NCBI GenBank assembly: GCA_022447335.1
Contig: JAKVCF010000001.1
Coordinates: forward strand, 1 to 49,955
Reading direction: 5' to 3'
DNA length: 49,955 nucleotides
Source: Planctomycetota bacterium
Lineage (GTDB): Bacteria > Planctomycetota > UBA1135
The notes under the pieces were generated by a model. The model was not told where the DNA came from. It was given only the letters and a program-made list of their open reading frames with translations, and did not search any database. Positions 17,564-25,653 of the stretch are shown piece after piece; the first letter of the stretch is position 1, and each line of letters begins with the position of its first letter. Position numbers and translations under genes: made by a program.

Positions 17564-19188
17564 CCGTCGTTTTCGGTTTCGAGCTTCGCTAAGAACTTGG
17601 CGGGGTTGGCTTGAAAGGTTTTCGGGCAGTTTGGGCAGCAGAAGCCGATGACCTTTCCATCGTGCAGCAGGTTGAATTGTGGATCAATCACATTGCCGCT
17701 GACGAGGCAGATGCTGTTGACGGGATTTTGTGTAGTGAGCGAGTTGGTTTCCGGGTCGAGGGCCGGGTCGACTTGCGAGGCATCATTGGTGAGCTTTGGT
17801 GTTTCTTCAGTCTCGAGTGCGACTGATATGCCGACGTCGCCGGCATCGATGTGCACCTCTGGCATAGCTTTGCGTAGAGTGGCCAGGCCCTCGGTGGTTA
17901 TGCCAGCATCCCAAATCCAAAGTCGCTCGAGCGCGGGCAGTTGCCCGAGCGTTTCGATCACAGCGTCGTTCAGATGCGTGCGACTAACGATCAGTTCACG
18001 TAGATGATCATGGCCGGCGAGGTAGGCCAGGCCAGAGGTAGTCACTCGCGTTTCGCGCAGGTCGAGGCGTACCAGGGCGGGTATAGTCGAAATTATTTCA
18101 ACGCTTGCATCGGTGATCTGCGTGCGCGCAAGCGAGAGATCGCTAATCCATTTGATGGTCGGGGTGATTAGCTCAAGCACTATGGCGTCATCAGTTGTAT
18201 TTGCGGGGGCGGCAAAGTCGACCCAAAGCATTTTGGATCCAACTTCGACGGGCTGTACGTGCACCAGATGCTTACGCATGGCCGACAGCGCGGCTTCAGG
18301 GGCGGCGTGCGCGGCACTCTCTTCTTCTGGATCAGTTGCGCCTTCACTTTCATTTGCCGGGTTAGTCGGCAGTGGCAATTTGGCGCCTTCAGCGAGCTCG
18401 AACTCGTTTTCGAAGGGTGCGCCGGCAGCAAGCCAGGCGCGTATCAGTTGAATTTCTAGCTCGCTCGGCTGGGCCTTGTGGTCCGGCGGCATGTGATCGT
18501 CGTCATCGATCGGGAGTAGTATGCGATGAAGCAGTTCCTGATCTTCCGGTGAGATGCCGGTTTCGATGGCTGGGCCGCCATCGCCGCCCGCAAGCAATGC
18601 CTCCGGAGAGTCCGTCCGTAGGCCGCCTTTGACTTTGCGATCACCGTGGCACATGTTGCATTTCGCCTCAAAGAAGTGCTGAATGTGCAACTCGTAGCTG
18701 GCCAGGATCAGGCTGCCTCCCTCTGGGGTAGTCTGATTGGCCGACATCGATTCCTTAGGTTCGACCAGTGGCTTGAACAGGAAGCCTTTGCCGTGAGTCA
18801 TTTCGGCGCCGAAGTGACCTGTCGGAATCATGACGATCACCGTCAGGGCCAAAGCCCAACGGTACATCGTTCGTGCGCCAAATATGCGCAGTAGGAAGAC
18901 TACGATGCTACATGCTGCAGTAGCTATGCCGAGCTGCTCATGTAGTTTGAGTACTTCACTCGCGCTGTAGCTGGGATCGTTGTGTAGCACAACTCCGCTC
19001 GCTGCAGCCAGGCATGCAGAAACGCTTGCGAAAAAGACGAGGAATGCCGGCGCCACTGGCTGGCGCCGTAACGTGTTGACGCACTCCAGCATCACCAGGC
19101 CAATCAGTATGCCGATGGGTAGGTGCAGAATCAGCGGGTGCATTCGGCCAAAGACCGAAAGTAGTTCAGAAGCGGAATCGATTGGCAT
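17560..19188 (-). CDS. Membrane-anchored c-type cytochrome domain (PSCyt-type) / leucine-rich-repeat / C-terminal YHS-like domain protein
   Basis: N-terminal multi-TM region. CNMCH heme-c motif at 18646..18660 within FFEAKCNMCHGDRKVKGGLRTDS. LRR units (LSLARTQITDASVE..., LDLRETRVTTSGLAYL..., LIVSRTHLNDAVIETL...). C-terminal ICLVSGNVIDPQFNLLHDGKVIGFCCPNCPKTFQANPAKF resembles YHS/TRASH metal-binding domains. Confidence 0.65.
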   Translation of the reverse strand: MPIDSASELLSVFGRMHPLILHLPIGILIGLVMLECVNTLRRQPVAPAFLVFFASVSACLAAASGVVLHNDPSYSASEVLKLHEQLGIATAACSIVVFLLRIFGARTMYRWALALTVIVMIPTGHFGAEMTHGKGFLFKPLVEPKESMSANQTTPEGGSLILASYELHIQHFFEAKCNMCHGDRKVKGGLRTDSPEALLAGGDGGPAIETGISPEDQELLHRILLPIDDDDHMPPDHKAQPSELEIQLIRAWLAAGAPFENEFELAEGAKLPLPTNPANESEGATDPEEESAAHAAPEAALSAMRKHLVHVQPVEVGSKMLWVDFAAPANTTDDAIVLELITPTIKWISDLSLARTQITDASVEIISTIPALVRLDLRETRVTTSGLAYLAGHDHLRELIVSRTHLNDAVIETLGQLPALERLWIWDAGITTEGLATLRKAMPEVHIDAGDVGISVALETEETPKLTNDASQVDPALDPETNSLTTQNPVNSICLVSGNVIDPQFNLLHDGKVIGFCCPNCPKTFQANPAKFLAKLETENDG

Positions 19189-19193
19189 TGGGA

Positions 19194-20711
19194 CTAAGCG
19201 AGCAGTTCCTTGCGCACGTCACCAAAGACATCGGTCAGTCGCATGTCGCGGCCCTGATGGCGATAGCCTAGCCGCTCATGGTCGAATCCAAGGCAATGCA
19301 GGAGCGTCGCGTGTAAATCATGAACACTGACTGGGTTCTCGACGATGTTGTATCCGAAGTCGTCAGTCTTGCCAAAGCTGATGCCCGGATTCATGCCACC
19401 CCCGGCGGCCCATACGCTGAAGGCGCGGGGGTGGTGATCGCGACCATAGTTAGTCTTAGTTAACTGGCCTTGGCTGTATACGGTGCGTCCAAATTCACCG
19501 GCCCATAGCACCAATGTGTCATCTAGTAGGCCGCGACGCTTGAGGTCCTTGATTAGAGCTGCTTGCGGTTGGTCGACCGTTCCGGCCTGTGCGCGCAGTT
19601 CATTGGGCAAGTTGCCCAGCTGGTCCCATCCCCGCATGTACAGTTGAATGAAGCGCACTCCGCGTTCGGCGAGGCGGCGCGCCATCAGACAGTTCGAAGC
19701 GTAACTTCCCGGCTTTTTAACATCGGGACCATACATTTCTAGTGTGGCCTCATCTTCGTCTGAGAAGTCGGTCAATTCGGGCACTGACATTTGCATGCGG
19801 TATGCCATCTCGTATTGTGAGATCCGGGCTTGCACCTCAGGGTCGAGGCTCCGCTCATACTCGCGCTCATTGAGCTCACCAACTAGGTCGAGCATGCGGC
19901 GGCGGTCTTCGCGCGTCACGCCGTCCGGGTCGCTTAGATATAGCACTGGGTCTCCGCCCGCTCGCATCTTGCATCCCTGGTGCTCGCTGGGTAGGAATCC
20001 CGAACCCCAGAAGCGTGCCGATAGCGCCTGCATGTTGCCGGTGCCTTGCGTGATCATGACTACAAAAGTAGGCAGATTGGCATTGGCGCTACCTAGCCCA
20101 TAGGACATCCATGAGCCGAAGCTCGGTCGGCCAGGCTGCTGGTTTCCGGTCTGGAAGAAAGTAATTGCAGGTTCGTGGTTAATCGCCTCGGTGTGCATCG
20201 AGTTGATCATGCAGATCTCCTTCGCCACCGATCCGGTGTGGGGTAACAGCTCCGATAGCCACAGGCCGTTCTGATTGTTCTCGTAGCGCGAGAACTGAAA
20301 GATAGAGGGGGCAACTGGGAAGCGTGCCTGGCCACTAGTCATGCCAGTCAAGCGTTGGCCGTCGCGAATCGAATCCGGAAGATCCTGGTCAAAGCGTTGG
20401 CGCAGTCCTGGCTTGTAGTCATACAGGTCAAGGTGGCTCGGCGCGCCCTCCATGTGCATGTAGATGACGCGCTTGGCCTTTGGCTTGAAATGTGGGCCCA
20501 GTGGCAGAGCGCTGCTACCCATGGCACCTGCTTTGTTGGGAAGGCCGGCCAAGGTGGCCGGATTGGCGCCTAGCTCGCGGCCAAGCAGCGACTGCATGGC
20601 CAGGGCGCCGAGGCCAGTACTGAGCGTCGCACCGGCCTTGCGGAAAAAGCGGCGGCGGGTGAGCAGTAGTTCGCGCTCGCGCAGAGGGTCGTTCGTATGA
20701 GGATCGGTCAT
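19194..20711 (-). CDS. DUF1501-family protein (sulfatase-like fold) with twin-arginine signal
   Basis: Tat motif TRRRFFRKAGATL. Conserved blocks SMHTEAINHEPAITFFQTG, WAGEFGRT and YGRDHHPRAFS. Paralogous to 44704..46107. Confidence 0.85.
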   Translation of the reverse strand: MTDPHTNDPLRERELLLTRRRFFRKAGATLSTGLGALAMQSLLGRELGANPATLAGLPNKAGAMGSSALPLGPHFKPKAKRVIYMHMEGAPSHLDLYDYKPGLRQRFDQDLPDSIRDGQRLTGMTSGQARFPVAPSIFQFSRYENNQNGLWLSELLPHTGSVAKEICMINSMHTEAINHEPAITFFQTGNQQPGRPSFGSWMSYGLGSANANLPTFVVMITQGTGNMQALSARFWGSGFLPSEHQGCKMRAGGDPVLYLSDPDGVTREDRRRMLDLVGELNEREYERSLDPEVQARISQYEMAYRMQMSVPELTDFSDEDEATLEMYGPDVKKPGSYASNCLMARRLAERGVRFIQLYMRGWDQLGNLPNELRAQAGTVDQPQAALIKDLKRRGLLDDTLVLWAGEFGRTVYSQGQLTKTNYGRDHHPRAFSVWAAGGGMNPGISFGKTDDFGYNIVENPVSVHDLHATLLHCLGFDHERLGYRHQGRDMRLTDVFGDVRKELLA

Positions 20712-20725
20712 TTGAACTTCAGCAC

Positions 20726-23700
20726 TTACTTGCGGGAGATGGTCTCGTCGAGGGCTAGGAGAGCATTGCCGAGCATGGTCCAGGCGGCCAGTTCGGCAGG
20801 GTCGTACTCTGCAGGAAGCATGGCTTCACCGACGGAGATCAGCTTTCTGGCGTCTTCAATGGCATTCGTATAACGTTCTTGGAAGGCTTCGAGTACTTCA
20901 CGCAGGCGGACAAGTTCTGCGGTTTCCGGCATTCGGCTGGTACAGCGGCGGAACATGCGCGCGATGCGCCAGTCAGTGGCGTCATTCAGAAGCTCTCCCA
21001 TGTTGGCAGGCGGTTCCTCAGCGAGTATGCGCTGAGAGAGTAGGCGTGCTGATTCGACAAACTGTTCGTCGTTCCAAAGTACTAGCGCCTGCAGTGGCGT
21101 GTTAGTTACGCCACGGCGAATGGTGCAGAACTCACGGGTTGGTGCATCGAAGGTTAGTAGTGATGGCGGTGGAACAGCGCGTTTCCAGTAGGTGTAGATG
21201 CTGCGCCGCCAGAGGTCATCGCCTTCCCCTTGCTCGAAATTGCGTGTATTGGATTGTGGCATCGCGACTTCGCGCCAGAGGCCAGAGGGTTGATATGGCT
21301 TTACTGATGGGCCGCCCATTTGTTCAACCAGCAAGCCCGATACATAGAGGGCTTGGTCGCGTATCTCTTCGGCTCCCAATCGACGGCGGGGGTAGTTCCC
21401 CAGCAGGCGACCTCCCGGGTCGGCAGCAGAGACTTCGGGGCGTAGGCGTGAGTCTTGGCGGTAGGTTGAGCTGGTCACTATGCGGCGCAGAATCGCGCGC
21501 GTATCCCAACCGCTTTCTCGAAACTCAACGGCGAGCCAGTCAAGTAGTTCGGGGTGACTAGGCCAGGATCCTTGCAGCCCAAAGTCTTCACTAGTTTCAA
21601 CAATGCCCGAGCCAAAGACCATTTCCCAGTAACGGTTGATAGTTACGCGCGCGAGTAGCGGGTTATTGGCATCGGTCAGCCACATCGCCAGACCACGCCG
21701 GTCATTTGGTGCGCCTTCAGGCAGTGAACCTAGTGAGGCGGGAATGCCCCGCTCAACCGGGCGATCCTTGTCTGGGTGGTCATAGGCGCCGCGCATCAGA
21801 ACAAAAGTTTCACGCGGACTTTCCAGTTCTTGCATGACCATTGTCAGTGGGATGGAAGATTCGATTGTGTCCAGCTCAGTCGCGAGTTCCTCGATCTTGG
21901 TCAGCTTGGCAAGGAATGCTGGTGAGTGCTGTGTACGCCAAGTTGCCGACATACGCTGGGCTAGGTTGTTGGCGCCCAGTTCGCGGGAGGATTCCGGCGT
22001 CAGTGCAAAGACTAATGATCCCCCTAATTCATCTTGCGGCGGACGCGCTTCGTAGTACAGGCCGCCAGCGCCGCCTGTGTTGATGATTTTCATGACGAAG
22101 GTGTGTACGCCTGGCGTAAGCTTGATCACGACCTTTTCCTGATCCGGAGCGACGCCGCGGTTAACTCGGTTCTCGTGGATCATTTTTCCATTCAGATAAA
22201 CCTGAATGCCATCATCGGACCCTAGCGAGAGTTCTAGTTCGCGTTCGCTCGGTACAAATAGTCGCTTACCAGCGAAGCTGATTGCCTGGCCGGATGGTAA
22301 TGAAGTAACTCGCTCGCCATCCTTGACTTGTGCGACGAAGACCCAGCTGTAGTTGTCGGGCGCATATTTTTTGGCGAAGTCGATAGTCGAATCGGCCTCT
22401 GGGCCAAACACGGTGTCGTAACCCGGATCACCTTCGCTTTGTGGTTTGTATGGCCAGGTTCCATACCAGCGTGAATCGGCAATAGGGAGCGCAGCTAGGC
22501 CATCGGCGCCGATGTTTCCCGGAGTCAAGCGTACGCGCCCAAAAGAATGTTCACTGTAGATCGATTGGTAGTGAAGCGTGATCTTCAGGTCGGTGCCACC
22601 TGGGTATCCGAAAGGTTTGTCGGTTAGGAATATTGCGTTGCGGCCACCGGGGGTATTGTGAGCGTCTACGGCCCAGACTTTGTTGTGGTCCGGGTCCAGG
22701 ACATTTACCACGTCGAAGTCGGCATCTGCTTGTTCGAAGTCTGCCCAGGCCCAGGTGAATTTCAATGGCTCACGAATAGTCGAGTCGGCCAGTGAAATAG
22801 CCTCAGCTTCGATATGTGAAAGTACGGCGTTGCCATTTGAGGCACGACCGACGCGCCCCTCGGTATGACTAGGGTCGCCGATCGCTTCCAGTAGCAATGT
22901 GCGCAGATTTGTGTCCATTGTGCGCAACACGATCGTGTGACTTTCTTTGGCCGGGCTTTCTCCGCTTGCCAAGATTGAGCCATCGTTCTGCGGGGTCAAG
23001 GTCGAGCCGGCGCTCGCTTCGGCCGAGATGAACTCGTTCTCCGACCACATGACGCTATATCTTTGCGCGGCGCTGCTGAGAAAAGTTTCATAAGCGATTG
23101 CGTCTTCACTCGATGGTTTTGCCATCTCTGTTTGCAGCTGCTCAATCTGCTTCTTTAAGTCAGCCTGTGCGATCGTCTGCTTTTCGCTTGGCACCTGCAT
23201 GAAAGGCTCAAAGGCGCGTTGCGAATTGGGGAGTTGGCTGTAAAGGCCCGGCTCCTGGTTCGAGTTGAAGTACGCGAAGAGCGAGAAGTACTCCTCCTGT
23301 GATATTGGGTCGAACTTATGGTCGTGACAGCGGCTGCATTCGACGGTGAGGCCGAGGAAGACAGCGCCTGTCGTTGCCGTGCGGTCTGCAGCGTATTCGA
23401 CCAGATATTCCTCATTGATTGCGCCACCTTCGTCGGTAATGACATGGTTGCGGTGGAATCCACTCGCTACCTTCTGCGCAATTGTGGCGTTGGGGATCAG
23501 GTCGCCCGCGAGTTGTTCGTAAACGAACTCATCAAAGGGCTTGTTGTTGCGAATCGATTCGAGCACCCAGTCACGCCAAGCCCACATTTGGCGCCCAGCA
23601 TCCATATGGATGCCATTGGTGTCGGCGTAGCGTGCAGCATCAAGCCACGGAGTCGCCATGCGTTCGGCATAGCGGGTTCTGTATGGCTCTTTAGTAAGAA

Positions 23701-24412
23701 TCTTGTCAACTAGCGCTTCATAAGCCTCCGGATCACGCGCTGCTTGTTTGAGGTAGGAGTCAAGTTCTTCAGGGGTCGGTGGCAGCCCGGTAAGGTCTAG
23801 GAAGACTCGGCGAGCTAAAGTCGCTTGATCTGCTTCGGCTGATGGAGTTAGGCCGGCGCGTTCCAGGCCTTGCAGTACGAAGGCATCCATTGGGTCGCGT
23901 ACCCACTCCAGTTGTTTCGGCGTCGGTACTTCTGGACGTTCTGGGGGGATGAATGCCCAGTGATCTTCATAGACCGCTCCCTGTTCGATCCACTTGTGGA
24001 TGAGCTCCTTCTCATCGCGCGTTAGCGGCCGCACTTTGCTGTCAGTTGGCGGCATGATTTCCGAGTCGCCGTGATCCAGGCTGATGCGATACCAAAGTTC
24101 GCTTTCGTCTGGGTTGCCTGGCACGATCGCCCTGTAACCGCCAAGGTCCGCCGTGGCAAAGGTGTGTGAGTCGAGGCGCAGGTCGGCTTTGAGCGTAGCT
24201 TCGTCTGGTCCGTGGCAGACAAAGCAGCGGTCACTCAGTAGAGGTCGAATGTCACGGCCGTAGCGAACTTGTTCCTGGGTGACTGGATCTTGCGCAGTGG
24301 CCAAATCGGCGGTGCCCTCAGGGGAGGGGGACAGCCAGCCCGGGGTCGCGGCGGCAAGGCCTGCGAGGCCTAGGCAAGAAAGAGCGCGAAGTGGGAGAGT
24401 GGGGGTCGGCAT
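20726..24412 (-). CDS. Giant secreted PSCyt(cytochrome c)/DUF1549/PA14-like/DUF1553 (PSD1) protein
   Basis: Signal peptide present. DRCFVCHGPDEA heme-c motif, WLDAARYADTNGIHMD, ECSRCHDHKFDPISQEEYF, a PA14-like block SLGSDDGIQVYLNGKMIHEN...HTFVMKIINTGGAGGLYYE, and a C-terminal TFDAPTREFCTIRRGVTNTPLQAL block. Confidence 0.85.
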   Translation of the reverse strand: MPTPTLPLRALSCLGLAGLAAATPGWLSPSPEGTADLATAQDPVTQEQVRYGRDIRPLLSDRCFVCHGPDEATLKADLRLDSHTFATADLGGYRAIVPGNPDESELWYRISLDHGDSEIMPPTDSKVRPLTRDEKELIHKWIEQGAVYEDHWAFIPPERPEVPTPKQLEWVRDPMDAFVLQGLERAGLTPSAEADQATLARRVFLDLTGLPPTPEELDSYLKQAARDPEAYEALVDKILTKEPYRTRYAERMATPWLDAARYADTNGIHMDAGRQMWAWRDWVLESIRNNKPFDEFVYEQLAGDLIPNATIAQKVASGFHRNHVITDEGGAINEEYLVEYAADRTATTGAVFLGLTVECSRCHDHKFDPISQEEYFSLFAYFNSNQEPGLYSQLPNSQRAFEPFMQVPSEKQTIAQADLKKQIEQLQTEMAKPSSEDAIAYETFLSSAAQRYSVMWSENEFISAEASAGSTLTPQNDGSILASGESPAKESHTIVLRTMDTNLRTLLLEAIGDPSHTEGRVGRASNGNAVLSHIEAEAISLADSTIREPLKFTWAWADFEQADADFDVVNVLDPDHNKVWAVDAHNTPGGRNAIFLTDKPFGYPGGTDLKITLHYQSIYSEHSFGRVRLTPGNIGADGLAALPIADSRWYGTWPYKPQSEGDPGYDTVFGPEADSTIDFAKKYAPDNYSWVFVAQVKDGERVTSLPSGQAISFAGKRLFVPSERELELSLGSDDGIQVYLNGKMIHENRVNRGVAPDQEKVVIKLTPGVHTFVMKIINTGGAGGLYYEARPPQDELGGSLVFALTPESSRELGANNLAQRMSATWRTQHSPAFLAKLTKIEELATELDTIESSIPLTMVMQELESPRETFVLMRGAYDHPDKDRPVERGIPASLGSLPEGAPNDRRGLAMWLTDANNPLLARVTINRYWEMVFGSGIVETSEDFGLQGSWPSHPELLDWLAVEFRESGWDTRAILRRIVTSSTYRQDSRLRPEVSAADPGGRLLGNYPRRRLGAEEIRDQALYVSGLLVEQMGGPSVKPYQPSGLWREVAMPQSNTRNFEQGEGDDLWRRSIYTYWKRAVPPPSLLTFDAPTREFCTIRRGVTNTPLQALVLWNDEQFVESARLLSQRILAEEPPANMGELLNDATDWRIARMFRRCTSRMPETAELVRLREVLEAFQERYTNAIEDARKLISVGEAMLPAEYDPAELAAWTMLGNALLALDETISRK

Positions 24413-24516
24413 CGATCCAAATGGGAGTCACCATCCTATTCCGGAATCTACTGCTAGGTGGTGCTGGCGAGCGCGAATCGGCCGCCGATTTTTCGCTGTT
24501 TCGCGGGTGAATCAGG

Positions 24517-25596
24517 TCATTCTCGAGTGGCACTGCCAGCTGTCACTCTTTTCGCCCAGGGCGATCCTTGGCGGTAGTCCTCAGGCCTGTATCCGGTGCG
24601 CGCGCCGTTGAAGCCGAAGGGGGTTGGGTGCCAGTTCTCGGTCAGGGTGGCGGGGAACCCCTCGCGTGGGATCACATCGGCCTCGCCTAGGCACCACAGG
24701 CTGGCGTTGAGTAAGAGGCGGCGGAGGTCGACATCAGTCCAATCATCGGCTGTGCCCATAGTCGTTGTGAACACTCGCTGAGACGGCCGTCCATCATCGC
24801 GAAGGATCTCACGGACCCAAGCGACCGGCATCATCGGTGAGTTCTTTTTACCTTCCAGTGCCGGATCATCTGGCGACATGCCAGATACGACCTGGCCTTC
24901 GAGTAGCACGGTCGCGTCGCCTGGCAATTCTCGTACACCGTATACATCGCTTGGACCGAATGCTGGGCCGACACCGCGTAGCGCCGGATGATGAGCCTGC
25001 ATCGGATGTGGTAGTGCGCGCGTGGCTTGGCTGCCGTGGTTGCCATGGTGACTAATCCAAGTTTCGCCGAGTATCTGGCGGCCGAAGCCATCCTTCCAAT
25101 CTTGTGCGCGGAAGTCCCAGTGCGCATAGCGATCCTTGCGATTTTTCTTGTAGTGGAAAGCGTGCGTCGAGGTGCGGATTCCGATTACCGGTTTACCTGC
25201 TTCGATGTAATCAACGATCGGCTTCATCTGCGCCTCTGGTAACTCACGAAAACGAAGCTGAATCACTAGCAAGTCAGCATTAGCAATCAGTTCTGTGCCT
25301 GGAATATGGTGCAGTTGGTTTGGGTCAACTTCTCCAGTTTCAGGATTTTGGCTGAATAGCACGTAGCATTCGAAGCCTAGTGCATGCAGTTGGCGTGCCA
25401 GCATCGGTTGCACTTCTTCTGAACGATACTCTTCGTCGCCTGCAATCAATACAACGCGACGGCCCTTCCCGGGCGCCTGGCCGGCATTGTTTGGGTAGTG
25501 CAGCCAAGGAGTTTCCAGTCCTCCTGGAGGCGCGTTGCCTTCGAGTTGGGCGGGAAGCGCAGTGGTCGCAAGGAGTAGGGGGGCCAAGGCGAACAT
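24517..25596 (-). CDS. ThuA-like / class-I glutamine-amidotransferase-like fold secreted protein (tentative)
   Basis: Signal peptide MFALAPLLLATTALPAQ. The RRVVLIAGDEEYRSEEVQPMLARQL...LLVIQLRF...GKPVIGIRTSTHAF layout resembles ThuA-domain proteins common in PVC genomes. Catalytic assignment not possible. Confidence 0.4.
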   Translation of the reverse strand: MFALAPLLLATTALPAQLEGNAPPGGLETPWLHYPNNAGQAPGKGRRVVLIAGDEEYRSEEVQPMLARQLHALGFECYVLFSQNPETGEVDPNQLHHIPGTELIANADLLVIQLRFRELPEAQMKPIVDYIEAGKPVIGIRTSTHAFHYKKNRKDRYAHWDFRAQDWKDGFGRQILGETWISHHGNHGSQATRALPHPMQAHHPALRGVGPAFGPSDVYGVRELPGDATVLLEGQVVSGMSPDDPALEGKKNSPMMPVAWVREILRDDGRPSQRVFTTTMGTADDWTDVDLRRLLLNASLWCLGEADVIPREGFPATLTENWHPTPFGFNGARTGYRPEDYRQGSPWAKRVTAGSATRE

Positions 25597-25653
25597 GAGC
25601 TGAGCCTAGCCGAGTTGGACAGTGGCGGTAGTGGGCGGCAGGATAGTGCCGTC

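Noticed and set aside
24476-24493. The hairpin AATCGG-CCG-CCGATT followed by TTTTT, considered as a possible terminator between the ThuA-like gene and the DUF1553 giant.
   Set aside because: The T-tract is on the plus strand, whereas both flanking genes are on the minus strand. The stem is only 6 bp. On the minus strand the hairpin is followed by TCGCGC, not a U-tract, so the terminator call is not supportable.
25615-25653. ORF-track starts that would put divergent genes only 17-18 nt apart (TTG 25615 versus the minus-strand gene start at 25596; GTG 35551 versus the minus-strand start at 35533).
   Set aside because: That spacing leaves no room for two promoters. Downstream ATGs at 25654 and 35581 directly precede plausible signal peptides, so those were used.
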